Notes under the pieces: model-generated
The model's input: only the letters and a program-made list of their open reading frames with translations
The model's database searches: none
What the model was told of the DNA's origin: nothing
Position numbers and translations under genes: made by a program
Shown here: positions 10,687 to 20,747 of the stretch, piece by piece
How the letters are laid out: every line of letters begins with the position of its first letter
Position numbering within the stretch: position 1 is the stretch's first letter
Source: an uncultured virus (IMG/VR IMGVR_UViG_3300037993_000206)
Lineage: Duplodnaviria; Heunggongvirae; Uroviricota; Caudoviricetes
IMG/VR virus record: IMGVR_UViG_3300037993_000206
Direction: 5' to 3' (one strand)
Length of the DNA: 64,000 bases

Positions 10687-10849
10687 TTTATTAAGTGGGG
10701 CAGATAGCTGTCACTACCCGCCCCCAAAGAATTAACCAATCGAAAGAATAACCATTACTTTTTAATTTACCGATTCTGAATTGCTTTCCTGTGAATTTTT
10801 AAATTCTAGGTAGTTACCAGATAATTCTTTTCTTTAAACACCTCCCTTA

Positions 10850-11260
10850 TTATTTAGCGGAAAACTTTGCCGCTTGTTCATCTAAAAGAGTTTTAAACAT
10901 ATTGAAATCTAATCCTAAATCATTCCAGATTTTAACAAAAGATGGTTCTCCGTAAAAGAATTTAGTAAGGTATTCCACATCATGCCCTTTCTTTAAGTCA
11001 TCATAAATATCTTTAGGTAAGTTCTCTAAAATATTCGATCGAATTTTACTTAATGCACCACCCGATACATCTAGTTTTGAGACTTTAATTTGTGCCTCAA
11101 CTACTTTACAATATCTACGTAAATTGGCATTACTTAATTCGTCTGTTACACCTGCTTTTTTAATAATTGTACTTGAAACTTTATCGGCTATCTTTTGTTG
11201 TGCATCTTGCGATAACGATTTAAACTTTTCCCTTGCTTGCAAGATTAATTTATGGTTCAC
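10850..11260 (-). CDS. Hypothetical protein
   Basis: ORF track; coupled to neighbours. Confidence 0.6.
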   Translation of the reverse strand: MNHKLILQAREKFKSLSQDAQQKIADKVSSTIIKKAGVTDELSNANLRRYCKVVEAQIKVSKLDVSGGALSKIRSNILENLPKDIYDDLKKGHDVEYLTKFFYGEPSFVKIWNDLGLDFNMFKTLLDEQAAKFSAK

Positions 11261-11479
11261 TTATCTACCGCCATATTTATTTTGAAGATACTTTTTAAAT
11301 GGAATTATATTACGAACAACTGTTTTACCACCATCTTCTATATATTCTTCCGAATCTTTAAACTCCTCACTATAACAAGTACAAACTCGCAATTCTTTAT
11401 CGTATAAATGCCCACACGTTGTACAAATTAAATCTGATTTAGATATTGGTTGCATTAAAACAAAGTTACAATTGCTCAT
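11261..11479 (-). CDS. Small Cys-rich hypothetical protein
   Basis: CTTC and CTC motifs. Confidence 0.6.
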   Translation of the reverse strand: MSNCNFVLMQPISKSDLICTTCGHLYDKELRVCTCYSEEFKDSEEYIEDGGKTVVRNIIPFKKYLQNKYGGR

Positions 11480-11629
11480 TTAATGTACATGAGCCTTTTC
11501 TTTAAATAAAGCATCTTTAAATTTTTCTTCGTCAAAGTTTCCTGCTTTTATGTGTTGAAGGGCTTTTTCACCTAATATGTCAAATGTACATCTTGATTTA
11601 TCATCTTCGTAATCATAGACAAATTTAAA
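11480..11629 (-). pseudogene. Orphan 3' tail (49 codons) of a diverged allele of gene 12928-13302; its first ~20 nt are the predicted TnpB guide
   Basis: Translates FKFVYDYEDDKSRCTFDILGEKALQHIKAGNFDEEKFKDALFKEKAHVH*, 29/49 identical by hand to the C-terminus of 12928-13302; its stop abuts the next ATG. Confidence 0.85.
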
Positions 11630-11760
11630 CCGTTCCATAAGACTTACCCTTATTATCTAAGTAGTGCTTACTTCCTACTTCATCGTGGACAGCCTCTAAT
11701 TGTTGAGGACTTACACCCACTCCATAGGCGTTAATTCCCGAAGAACTTTCGGTATTTAAT
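11610..11760 (-). ncRNA. Predicted omegaRNA of tnpB1 (scaffold ending ...GGAACGG at 11630, guide 11629-11610)
   Basis: Overlaps tnpB 3' end; similar to the equivalent region of tnpB2; IS607-like AACGG end; 5' boundary approximate. Confidence 0.65.
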
Positions 11761-12905
11761 ATCTTAATTCCACATTCACGAATGTTTTTGGCTGCATTTT
11801 CATCACGCTCATTGATTGCCCCACAACTCAAACAAACCCACGTTCTATCACTTAATTTAAGGTCTTTATTTACTGTACCACACGAATTACACTTTTTAGA
11901 ACTAGGTTCAAATCGTGGGATAACGACTAACTTAGACCCGTACCACTTTGTTTTATATTCTAACATACGTCTAAATGTACCCCACCCTTCATCGCCTATC
12001 GACCTTGCCAAATGATGATTATGTACCATGCCTTTTACGTTTAAAATTTCGATACAAATAACTGACTTGGTTTTCGCCAGTTTTGTTGATTCTTTTGCTA
12101 AAAAGTCCTTACGAATGTTCTTTATTTTACGATAAGCTCTGACTAATGCTAATTGAGCCTTCTTTTTATTCTTTGAACCTTTCTTCTTTTTGGATAATTG
12201 GTGATGTAGACGTTTAACTCTATCAATCCGTTTACGTAAGGGTTTAGGGGAAACTAACTCATAGGTTTCAGTTCCATTTGAAACCGTACCAAAGGTTTTT
12301 ATTCCTATATCAATTCCAATAACATCACCTTGAATTGGTCGAGGATTAGGTCTTTCGACTTCAACACATAAGGAACAAAACCACCTATCAGCATCACGAC
12401 TGACAGTTGCACTTAATATTCGACCATTTATTTTGGAAGTTGATTCCTTAGATTTAATAAAACCAATTTTAGGAATACGTATATTATTGTCTAACACACG
12501 AATATCATACTTTATACGTTTATCATAACTATTATTTCTTACTCTAAAGGAATCATGCACACCTTTTTTCTTAAACTTAGGAACCCCAATTTTATTGTCG
12601 TGATATTTTATCCTTCTAGTTAGATGAGAATAAGATTCCCTTAAATCTCTCAATCGTTCTTCTACAATACTTTTAGGAACTAATTGCAACCAACTATATT
12701 CATTTCTTTTTAATAAATCCAACTCTTTATTTTGATTAAAGCTAGTTGTAAATCTAGCCTTTCCACTATTTGTCTTATATAATTCTAACCTTTTCGATAA
12801 AGCCCAATTCCAAACAAACCTAGATACACCACAACACTTAATCAATTTAGTAATCTGTTTGTCATTTGGATTCAATTCATACCGAAATATTTGATTAATC
12901 AACAT
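11625..12905 (-). CDS. tnpB: IS607-type RNA-guided nuclease TnpB (copy 1), no transposase adjacent
   Basis: N-terminal HTH (RFVWNWAL), RuvC-I GIDIG, RuvC-II ICIE, zinc finger CxxC..CxxC, RuvC-III RDENAA. Confidence 0.95.
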   Translation of the reverse strand: MLINQIFRYELNPNDKQITKLIKCCGVSRFVWNWALSKRLELYKTNSGKARFTTSFNQNKELDLLKRNEYSWLQLVPKSIVEERLRDLRESYSHLTRRIKYHDNKIGVPKFKKKGVHDSFRVRNNSYDKRIKYDIRVLDNNIRIPKIGFIKSKESTSKINGRILSATVSRDADRWFCSLCVEVERPNPRPIQGDVIGIDIGIKTFGTVSNGTETYELVSPKPLRKRIDRVKRLHHQLSKKKKGSKNKKKAQLALVRAYRKIKNIRKDFLAKESTKLAKTKSVICIEILNVKGMVHNHHLARSIGDEGWGTFRRMLEYKTKWYGSKLVVIPRFEPSSKKCNSCGTVNKDLKLSDRTWVCLSCGAINERDENAAKNIRECGIKILNTESSSGINAYGVGVSPQQLEAVHDEVGSKHYLDNKGKSYGTV

Positions 12906-12927
12906 ATATTATATATGAGACTTATTA

Positions 12928-13302
12928 TTATCTGCTATCACCTATATGTTTTTCAGAAACAACATAATGAGCATGAGGTTCATTATCGAATAATTTATCT
13001 TTTATTTTATCTTCTTCAAAGTCACCTTTTTTTATATGTTGCAAAGCACCTTCAGCTAATTTATCAAACCTACAAGTAGCATTAGGATTTTCATAATCAT
13101 ACACAAATTTAAACCCAATATCCCATGTAATACCAAATAACTTTAATAAATAAGCTCTTGTATGTACTCTACGTGTTCCGCCATCTGGATATTTAGTGGT
13201 ATCCGAAACCTTAACCCAATAATTAGGGTAATCTATTAAGTCTTGTTCAACAATCTTTCGCATAAATGAGTTAGGAAGTTTCATGGAACGCTTTTTTGTC
13301 AA
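12928..13302 (-). CDS. Hypothetical protein whose 3' half is duplicated (diverged) downstream of tnpB1
   Basis: GGAGGT SD; promoter at 13335-13363; homology to 11480-11629. Confidence 0.8.
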   Translation of the reverse strand: MTKKRSMKLPNSFMRKIVEQDLIDYPNYWVKVSDTTKYPDGGTRRVHTRAYLLKLFGITWDIGFKFVYDYENPNATCRFDKLAEGALQHIKKGDFEEDKIKDKLFDNEPHAHYVVSEKHIGDSR

Positions 13303-13334
13303 CTTTGACCTCCAATCCTCAAACCCTTTCTATG

Positions 13335-13363
13335 ATAATATCACATTAACCATTGGTTGTCAA
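13335..13363 (-). promoter_or_regulatory. Sigma70-type promoter TTGACA-N17-TATTAT
   Basis: Motif match. Confidence 0.65.
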
Positions 13364-13472
13364 CAACTTATTTAGGTTTGCGATTGATGTCAAATTTATG
13401 TTTTAATCTCTTGTCGTATTCGTGTCACTCAGACTTCCAACCAGTACCTTTCTTATGCGATTCTTTCATAAA

Positions 13473-13730
13473 TCACCAACCATTCATTTCTTTTTCTCGG
13501 CTTCTTTGTTGTTTGAATATTTTATTTTTAAATCTATTCACAGATTTAGAAACAGCTTTCGTTGGTCTACCTCTTTTCAATCCCTTAGGTTTCCAATCAA
13601 CTGGCATTATATCACTATAATTTTGTCCAAACTTACCTAACCAACTACCATTTACTTTTCTCCGATTTACTACTTTCTTTTTAGATGTAGATTTCATAAT
13701 CTTTTTTACAACTTTCTTTTTTGCAACCAT
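13473..13730 (-). CDS. Highly basic small protein (MVAKKKVVKK...)
   Basis: Lys/Arg-rich composition. Confidence 0.7.
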   Translation of the reverse strand: MVAKKKVVKKIMKSTSKKKVVNRRKVNGSWLGKFGQNYSDIMPVDWKPKGLKRGRPTKAVSKSVNRFKNKIFKQQRSREKEMNGW

Positions 13731-13743
13731 TTCACACCATCCT

Positions 13744-16700
13744 TTATCTTAACGCATTTAGAATATTATTTACAATTAAGAACGTAACAATCAAAAAGAT
13801 TGATATAGATAAAGTTAAAACTAGGGCCTTAATACTAATCGATTGGGCCTTAAATCTTAAAGCCAAAATTATAAGAATAACACCTGCTAACTCTATAGGA
13901 AGTAAGATTAAGAGTAAATTAGTACCGGCGTCAGGGGTTTTAGCATTTACGTCCCACCATCCTTCACTAGCACTTGAAGTCTGTTGAGTAGCAGGTGAAG
14001 CACTTATTACACATTTATAATATCTTTTAGTAAGCGACGACACGCCAGCCGTTCCACTGTAAGTCGCACCAGTTGCACCTGAAATATTAGAGTATGATGC
14101 GTCTGAATCGGCGGCTGATTGTTGCCACTGATAACTAGATGTTCCACTTATCCTTGCCCCCCTAGCCGCAGTTGCAGTTAATGGGGTATTTGAAGCACCT
14201 GTTGATGTGAGCGTGCAAGTATAATAAAACCCTGTCCCGCTATTAAAAGCCGTTCCACTTAAAGATAATTGGATTACATTAAAAGTCCCTTGAGTTGTAA
14301 CCGTTGAACCAGCGGTAATGGTTGGCGCACCAGTTGTTGAATCGGTGTAACTTGTTAAAGTTTGCCCTCCAACGGGTGAATATCCGCTATCTCCATCACC
14401 ACTTGATTTATTCCATTGATAAGTAACCGCAGCCGCAGGTCTAAGTCCATTTACGATTGTAGGCATGGCACTTTCGCCTTGCGCATTTGTAGCTGTTACT
14501 GTATATGAATAAGATGGGCCATTAGAAGCAGTTATACTACTCAGACTAAGGATTATATTCGTTGTACTATTCGTGGCAATCGTGGAACTTGCATTAATTG
14601 TAGGTGCATTGGCTGTAGTGTCATTATAAGTTGCAACATCCCCTACTGAAGTAAGTAATGAACCATTCCGATAGATATTATAACCTGTAGCATTATTAGT
14701 TGATTTCCAACCTAACACTACCTGAGTTGAATCATTCTGTGATGCACTTAATCCTGTTGGCGTATCTAATAAAGTATAGAAAGATACATCTCCACCATAT
14801 GAATATCCAGCACCATTATGGGCATAAGCCCTGACATGATACAACGTTCCCGAAGTTAAGCCTGATGCAATTGTTTCAGGGAATGACCCTATACCATAAG
14901 GTTGTCCGGCTGTCTCGATTATATGTGAGCCAGACACATCAGGATTTAAACCAACTCCATAACAAAGACCCCTTTCGTCTACGGATGTTGAGCCAGTTGA
15001 TGTAATGTTACCACCTGAAGTTGCTCCAATAGTTGTAATTCCAGTTACACCCGTTGTCGTTAAAATAGCGGGCGTGGTATCAACTGTAGCTTTGTACCCC
15101 GTATCAGCCGAAGATGTAACATCTGGCGAAACACCCGTTGCTGATAAAACTACTCTGTAATAATATACTGTTCCAGCCGTACCCGTTGTATCATTATAGG
15201 TACTCGTATTAGCAGAACCACCAAGTGAAGTATAGTCAGTCCCATTACTTGACCTATACCATAAATAGGTAGGTGTTCCATGTCCTCTATATCCAGCAGC
15301 AGGTGAACTAGGCGCACCTGCACCATTGGTATTGTAGGCAACTACGGTATATGAATCAGTAACCCCATTATTAAACACTGCATTATTTGTTAGTGTGGAA
15401 TAGGAAGTACTTGTACCATCCGTAGCAGCGGCAGCAGGTGTACCACCTATCGAATCCGTAATCGTAGGAGCATCTGCGCCCGAATCAACATAAGGTGAAG
15501 TCTGTGCGCCTAAATCAGAAGCGCCCCTGAATACATGGTATGAAGTTGCACCACTAACAGAATTCCACGAGATTGTAACACTAGATGTTGAAGTCCCTTG
15601 TGAGACTGTAACACCTGTAGGTGCAGGGAGATTTAAGTCACCTATGTTACTTTTTATAAATCTGGATTGGCCCTGATTTTCAAAAAGCATAGCCATTACA
15701 TAAAAATAAGTCCCATCGCTCATTACTTCATTTATCTGGAAGAATGAATCAGAATATCCACTATTAATAGTAAATGGAGTAATTGTGCTTAAATCTGACT
15801 TTATACGGTAGATGTTGTATATCCCGTTAGATGCTACAGTTTGGTCACTAACAATTATGTCGCCCGTACCATATCCATCCTTTGTTGTACCTGTAACAAA
15901 TGATGCACCATCAATTCCTTCGGTAGACGAAATCATAACACTGGTATATTGGCTTATATCTGACATAAGAAAACGATATAGATATCCAGCAATATTCCCT
16001 TGCTCGCCAAATACATAAAAATATGTTCCATCTGTAAGCCAATCATCTGTAAATGCTCCCGATATAGGTAAAGTTATTTGCTGAGTAATTGCTAATGTGG
16101 AAGGATTTATTTTTAATATTTTACTATAAACACTTGAACCTGTTGGGACTAATGCTGCATAAATACTCCCACCATAAACACCTATCGCATGAGCATAATA
16201 TGAACCTGTGACTGAAATAGCATTATCGGCTATAGTATTATCAGATATTTTTAAACTACCAAGAGGCATTGAATTAGATGTTGTTTTACCCATCCAATAA
16301 ATATAAGTATCGTCTGTACATGCATCCTCAATCGGCTGTTGATAGTACAAACTATTTTTCTGTATAAAACTTAAATCGGATTGATTAAGTTTATATAAGT
16401 AAAAATTACCATCTGGTTCTGAAATATTATATTCACCAATCCAAACATAACTACCTGACACAGCAATCGCATTTAAGTTACTAGTAAATGTAGCAGATGA
16501 ATAATCTGCGGCTACAGACATATCAGATGTAGCTACTTTTACAGTATGGTTTGTACCACCAACATAAAATCTGGATGAACTATAGATATTCCCTCCCGAT
16601 AATATAGTTGGGTCACCAGTATTGGCATTAGTTAAAACCGAAGATGCTACAGGAGTTATTGATGATGCTGTTGCAAGGGTAGTAAATGTTATTTCTCCTG

Positions 16701-18276
16701 CTACATCATAACTTGTGCCTTTACTATTAATAGCATACCCTCTTAAATGATAAACTGTAGATGCTGTCAACCCCGTTATCGAAACTGTAAAAACGCCAGT
16801 AGTTCCTGATGTTGAGAATTTTAAATCTGAGGTTGTGGGTGTTCCAGTTGTATTGACTACCACACCACGTTCTGTAACAGTTTGGCCTCCATCTGAAGTT
16901 ACATCCGCACCACCAGTTACGATTGTTGAACTTAGCCCGATTGTAGTTGATGTAGTAACAGTAGGTGCAGTAGAAGTATCTATATAACAAACAATTCCCC
17001 AAGACGACCTAACTTGGGTAGTCAGTCCATAGACCATCATTCCTAATTGACCATAATCAGTTGGAGTAATACTGTGTGCAGTATCACTTCCAGTAGTTCC
17101 ACCGGCAGTAATAGTAGTGGTTATCGATGGTGATGGTGTGCCTCCATTTTGACGGACTGTGAATACATAGTCACCGCCTGAAGTGGCTTTTAGTTTAACA
17201 TAGAGATTCTTTAAGGTCATTCCAGTGATAGCTTGAGAACCATCTTGTAAAGTACCTTCAGATGTATTCCAAATATTACCAAATGTCCATTTACCTGTGT
17301 TTAAACTAGTATAACGATTTGCACTTAAAGTAGGATAATCATTCCCACCGCCTAAATAAATAGACTCATTAGCAGTTGTAGAAGTGAACGTCATACCCCA
17401 ATGTGCCAATGGCGTATTAGAAGGTGTATTACTAGCTGTAATTTTTATCGATAGAGTATCCCCTGCAACAACTGAAATATCATGTCCAGCAGTAGTATCA
17501 AACCCACTAGTGCTTGTACCAACAATAGAAACACTTAATGAAGTTGGTGAACCATTTTGATTAATAGTAAAGGTATAAGTTTCTGAACCACCGCCAGGAT
17601 TATTGTCTATAAGCACATAGAAATTTTTAATAGTACCACTAGTCGGAATAACTTGTGCAACATCTCCCTCTGTGGTAATACCAGTATCCCATCCAGATGC
17701 ACTAACAGGTAAATACCTTGTGGCAACAGCAGTTGCGCCTTGCCCTAATATTTGGCTTTCATTATTATTAGTAGAAGTAAATATTGATGACCATTCAGCA
17801 CCAGGAGTATTAGCTGGAGTTCCAGTATATGATGATTGGAGATAAACTAAATCCCCTGCTACTATGGATATACTACCAGTTGATACTCCGGTGGTATCCG
17901 AAGCACCTGAAATTGTAGTTGCTAGACTTGTAGATTGAGTTGAGTCTACAATAGTTAAAATATAAGCTGCACCAGTACCAGCAGGTTGTGTTAGTGAAAC
18001 TTTAAAGGATGATAATGCCCCAGGTGCAGAAAATATTTGGCCATCTTCTAATAGTGTTTCCCAATTTTCACCGCCACTAAGACAATTATATTCTGTGGCC
18101 GTTTTACTTAAAGGGTCACTTAACCCACCAATAATTACCTGTTGCTGTCCACCAATAGCATAAACAGGTGTAGGGATATTAATTACAGGTAAAACCAAAA
18201 CACATAACACTATACCTATTAGTAATATATTATTAAGTCGTAAAAATAATCGCTTTAAAGTCTTAGTGTTCTTCAT
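13744..18276 (-). CDS. Large (~1510 aa) Ser/Thr/Gly-rich surface or virion protein with signal peptide, FN3-like and beta-propeller-like segments, and C-terminal double TM anchor
   Basis: Signal peptide ending VYA; repeated GL.xxT.YH.RxYA.N..G.SY FN3-like motifs; start ATG overlaps upstream stop (TAATG). Confidence 0.8.
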   Translation of the reverse strand: MKNTKTLKRLFLRLNNILLIGIVLCVLVLPVINIPTPVYAIGGQQQVIIGGLSDPLSKTATEYNCLSGGENWETLLEDGQIFSAPGALSSFKVSLTQPAGTGAAYILTIVDSTQSTSLATTISGASDTTGVSTGSISIVAGDLVYLQSSYTGTPANTPGAEWSSIFTSTNNNESQILGQGATAVATRYLPVSASGWDTGITTEGDVAQVIPTSGTIKNFYVLIDNNPGGGSETYTFTINQNGSPTSLSVSIVGTSTSGFDTTAGHDISVVAGDTLSIKITASNTPSNTPLAHWGMTFTSTTANESIYLGGGNDYPTLSANRYTSLNTGKWTFGNIWNTSEGTLQDGSQAITGMTLKNLYVKLKATSGGDYVFTVRQNGGTPSPSITTTITAGGTTGSDTAHSITPTDYGQLGMMVYGLTTQVRSSWGIVCYIDTSTAPTVTTSTTIGLSSTIVTGGADVTSDGGQTVTERGVVVNTTGTPTTSDLKFSTSGTTGVFTVSITGLTASTVYHLRGYAINSKGTSYDVAGEITFTTLATASSITPVASSVLTNANTGDPTILSGGNIYSSSRFYVGGTNHTVKVATSDMSVAADYSSATFTSNLNAIAVSGSYVWIGEYNISEPDGNFYLYKLNQSDLSFIQKNSLYYQQPIEDACTDDTYIYWMGKTTSNSMPLGSLKISDNTIADNAISVTGSYYAHAIGVYGGSIYAALVPTGSSVYSKILKINPSTLAITQQITLPISGAFTDDWLTDGTYFYVFGEQGNIAGYLYRFLMSDISQYTSVMISSTEGIDGASFVTGTTKDGYGTGDIIVSDQTVASNGIYNIYRIKSDLSTITPFTINSGYSDSFFQINEVMSDGTYFYVMAMLFENQGQSRFIKSNIGDLNLPAPTGVTVSQGTSTSSVTISWNSVSGATSYHVFRGASDLGAQTSPYVDSGADAPTITDSIGGTPAAAATDGTSTSYSTLTNNAVFNNGVTDSYTVVAYNTNGAGAPSSPAAGYRGHGTPTYLWYRSSNGTDYTSLGGSANTSTYNDTTGTAGTVYYYRVVLSATGVSPDVTSSADTGYKATVDTTPAILTTTGVTGITTIGATSGGNITSTGSTSVDERGLCYGVGLNPDVSGSHIIETAGQPYGIGSFPETIASGLTSGTLYHVRAYAHNGAGYSYGGDVSFYTLLDTPTGLSASQNDSTQVVLGWKSTNNATGYNIYRNGSLLTSVGDVATYNDTTANAPTINASSTIATNSTTNIILSLSSITASNGPSYSYTVTATNAQGESAMPTIVNGLRPAAAVTYQWNKSSGDGDSGYSPVGGQTLTSYTDSTTGAPTITAGSTVTTQGTFNVIQLSLSGTAFNSGTGFYYTCTLTSTGASNTPLTATAARGARISGTSSYQWQQSAADSDASYSNISGATGATYSGTAGVSSLTKRYYKCVISASPATQQTSSASEGWWDVNAKTPDAGTNLLLILLPIELAGVILIILALRFKAQSISIKALVLTLSISIFLIVTFLIVNNILNALR

Positions 18277-18401
18277 TACTTTCCACTCCAATATAGACTA
18301 TGACAATGAGGATTTGGACAAATCTTAGGACGTTTATTTTTTCGATTCGCCCACCGATGCCCACACGCTTTACACTTATAAATTCTCACAGACTTAACCA
18401 T
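18276..18401 (-). CDS. Small zinc-ribbon protein (41 aa, MVKSVRIYKCKACGHRWANRKNKRPKICPNPHCHSLYWSGK)
   Basis: Hand-translated; GAGGT SD; promoter at 18433-18461. Confidence 0.75.
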   Translation of the reverse strand: MVKSVRIYKCKACGHRWANRKNKRPKICPNPHCHSLYWSGK

Positions 18402-18432
18402 CTGACCAACCTCAATATTAATGTTAAGTCAT

Positions 18433-18461
18433 ATTATAACGTATTACAAATATAAAGTCAA
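18433..18461 (-). promoter_or_regulatory. Sigma70-type promoter TTGACT-N17-TATAAT
   Basis: Motif match, just downstream of a terminator-like hairpin (~18468-18517). Confidence 0.7.
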
Positions 18462-18543
18462 GCATAAAATTAGAAGGGGATTAACGACCTCAAAATTACT
18501 GGCCGATTCCCCTTCTATGCCGGTTATCCTAATCACCGTAATG

Positions 18544-18804
18544 TTAACTTTCTTTCACTGTTCTAAGGCATTGTTCACGTAGTAAGGCGTCACAGATATT
18601 TTTAACTCTATGTTCTTCTAATCCTTTACGTTCTGATATTTCATGGATAGTAGATGAACCATGCTCTGCTAAATCTGACATGATAATATAACGTGCTTTT
18701 GATTCATCGCCAACTGCATTCTCCACTTTTTCCTGCCCAATATCTGTTAAGCAAAACCTTTTAACTTTTGCACCACCACCTATTACTTTATCTAAAAATC
18801 CCAT
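18544..18804 (-). CDS. Winged-helix-like small protein
   Basis: L.EHG.STI.EISE...L....VK.I...L.....L pattern. Confidence 0.6.
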   Translation of the reverse strand: MGFLDKVIGGGAKVKRFCLTDIGQEKVENAVGDESKARYIIMSDLAEHGSSTIHEISERKGLEEHRVKNICDALLREQCLRTVKES

Positions 18805-18816
18805 ATTGTGCCTCTC

Positions 18817-19053
18817 TTATTCAGACTTCATTAATTCTCTAAGGAAATATTTAAAAGTTTCCAACACTTCTTCTTTTTTATTACTACCATGAGAACCAAA
18901 AACATATAGTGTTAATTCGGTAGCAGTGGCCCACATTCTTGCGGTGGTTTCTTGCCTATAACCTTCTAGTCCAGTTTTATCGGGATGGATTTTTAAACAA
19001 TGGATATCAAATTCATCTTCACTAATTTGTTGGTCGCAATAAGGACATTCCAT
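18817..19053 (-). CDS. C2H2 zinc-finger protein
   Basis: CPYC...H....H. Confidence 0.65.
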   Translation of the reverse strand: MECPYCDQQISEDEFDIHCLKIHPDKTGLEGYRQETTARMWATATELTLYVFGSHGSNKKEEVLETFKYFLRELMKSE

Positions 19054-19060
19054 TCTAATT

Positions 19061-20200
19061 TTACTCCTCTGTTTTTGCCATTTTCGGATTGATATTTTTA
19101 ATATCCTTAGAGTTGAATAAATTAAAGACTCCCATACATCTTACTATATTAGTAAACTCCCAATTATCATCATCCATTTTTAAATCTTTACCATGCATAT
19201 TCAATAACCTTAACCGACATTCATTAATATCTTCATCGGTTAAATCTGAAATCTCGTTTAAGTTTGCAAACCCATTTTTAGAACGGAGTACATCAACTAT
19301 TCTTTGTTCCGGTTCACCCATAATCATTTCAGGTCGCATTAATTGAACACCCATTTCAGGTCTAGGTTTTGCGCCATCAATAAATAAATTTTTAGACTTA
19401 GATTCAAATTGGACTACGCCATTTACACCCACATTAGCTAATCTACGAATCCGACAAAGTGTAGTATTACGGCGTGTTTTACACCACTCCGGCTTAACTT
19501 CATGCGTTACATATGCAAGAAAATTATTTTTATCGATCTCTTGAATATTCGGACACATACCCAATACAAGTAAGTCAAGGTGTCGCCAAACTGAAACAAC
19601 ATTTCCAATCATTTTACCGAGTTTATTATTAGGATTTCGGTTATACAAATATCTTTTAAGTTCATCTAATTCCAGAACGCCAGACTTCAAAAGCCTTTCG
19701 TTTTTTTCACGCCATTTTTTTGCCAAATATGAAACCGTATCACTATCTTTTTTATTTAATTTAGTTTCAGGTTCAAGTGTTTGTTTAAGATTAACATTTA
19801 ATTCAACTGCCATTTTATCAATTTCATTCATCATAAATTGGGGACTAAAATAAAGGTACTTATCTTCACGACCATAATCAAATATTCTTCTAGGTAAATA
19901 ATCCAGCATGACTTTTTTATTCTTAAAAAACCGGCGAAGTTTCCAACCCATATATGCACCAAAAACGCCTTTACCACAACCAGGTTTTCCGTGAACAATC
20001 ATTACACCCCGTGATAACAAAGCTAAAGAAGAAGCCATTACCATTTCACTCATAAGTAAACCGTCATTAGGCTTTAATCCATATAAACCATCAACACCTG
20101 CTTCTGGCGTATCGTCATAAATACTTTCTTCTGCAAGTTCGCCTAATTGTTCGGCTTCATCTCTTTGTTCTTGTATATCTTTTTGTTCTTGAGTTACCAT
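19061..20200 (-). CDS. P-loop ATPase, Zot/pI- or FtsK-HerA-like putative morphogenesis ATPase with C-terminal wHTH
   Basis: Walker A GKPGCGKG, Walker B LELDE, WRH motif. Confidence 0.75.
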   Translation of the reverse strand: MVTQEQKDIQEQRDEAEQLGELAEESIYDDTPEAGVDGLYGLKPNDGLLMSEMVMASSLALLSRGVMIVHGKPGCGKGVFGAYMGWKLRRFFKNKKVMLDYLPRRIFDYGREDKYLYFSPQFMMNEIDKMAVELNVNLKQTLEPETKLNKKDSDTVSYLAKKWREKNERLLKSGVLELDELKRYLYNRNPNNKLGKMIGNVVSVWRHLDLLVLGMCPNIQEIDKNNFLAYVTHEVKPEWCKTRRNTTLCRIRRLANVGVNGVVQFESKSKNLFIDGAKPRPEMGVQLMRPEMIMGEPEQRIVDVLRSKNGFANLNEISDLTDEDINECRLRLLNMHGKDLKMDDDNWEFTNIVRCMGVFNLFNSKDIKNINPKMAKTEE

Positions 20201-20569
20201 TTATTCAGCATCCTGACCCATTTCCGCTTCTTTAACATCACTTGCAAGTTGTTCTATTGCAGCGTCTTTAACCATAATATAGGCAAATTTCTTAGCACCC
20301 TTATTAGCACACAGATAAAAGTCCAACCATGTATAAACAAGCGGAATACGCATTTTTTTGCGTCTAAAATCCATAATAGCAGCTTTTGTCATTGAGTTAG
20401 CCATAGGTACAACCGCATCTAATGGCATCGGCGAAATTTCAGCTTGTTCAAATACAGAAGATGAACCAGGTTTATCAAATTTGTTAGGCTTACGCAAAAT
20501 ACGATTAGTAAGTTGCATAATTGCTTCTTGTGATTTTACACCTTCGGGATTTTCATCTTCATTACCCAT
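20201..20569 (-). CDS. Hypothetical protein
   Basis: ORF coupled to ATPase; GAGGT SD. Confidence 0.65.
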   Translation of the reverse strand: MGNEDENPEGVKSQEAIMQLTNRILRKPNKFDKPGSSSVFEQAEISPMPLDAVVPMANSMTKAAIMDFRRKKMRIPLVYTWLDFYLCANKGAKKFAYIMVKDAAIEQLASDVKEAEMGQDAE

Positions 20570-20747
20570 AGTTTACCTCTTTCAGTTTATCATCAGCTTC
20601 CATTTTACGTTTTATTGTTGAATAAGTCCTATTCCATAAATCCCATGTATCAGAACCATGATTACGACACGATGAATCAAATGCCTTTGCACCATAATAA
20701 GGTTTCCGCTTTTCTTTGCCTGATTCAATCGATTTATTAAGACTCAT
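20562..20747 (-). CDS. Small phage-type protein (SGKEKRKPYYGAKAFDSSCRNHG)
   Basis: ORF track; motif resembles a common small phage family. Confidence 0.6.
   Translation of the reverse strand: MSLNKSIESGKEKRKPYYGAKAFDSSCRNHGSDTWDLWNRTYSTIKRKMEADDKLKEVNYG

Noticed and set aside
11625..12930. IStron (group I intron fused to TnpB) interpretation
   Set aside because: No P7 R/S motifs seen next to tnpB1 and the upstream gene is already complete; tnpB2 is separated from the introns by exon 6 and a terminator
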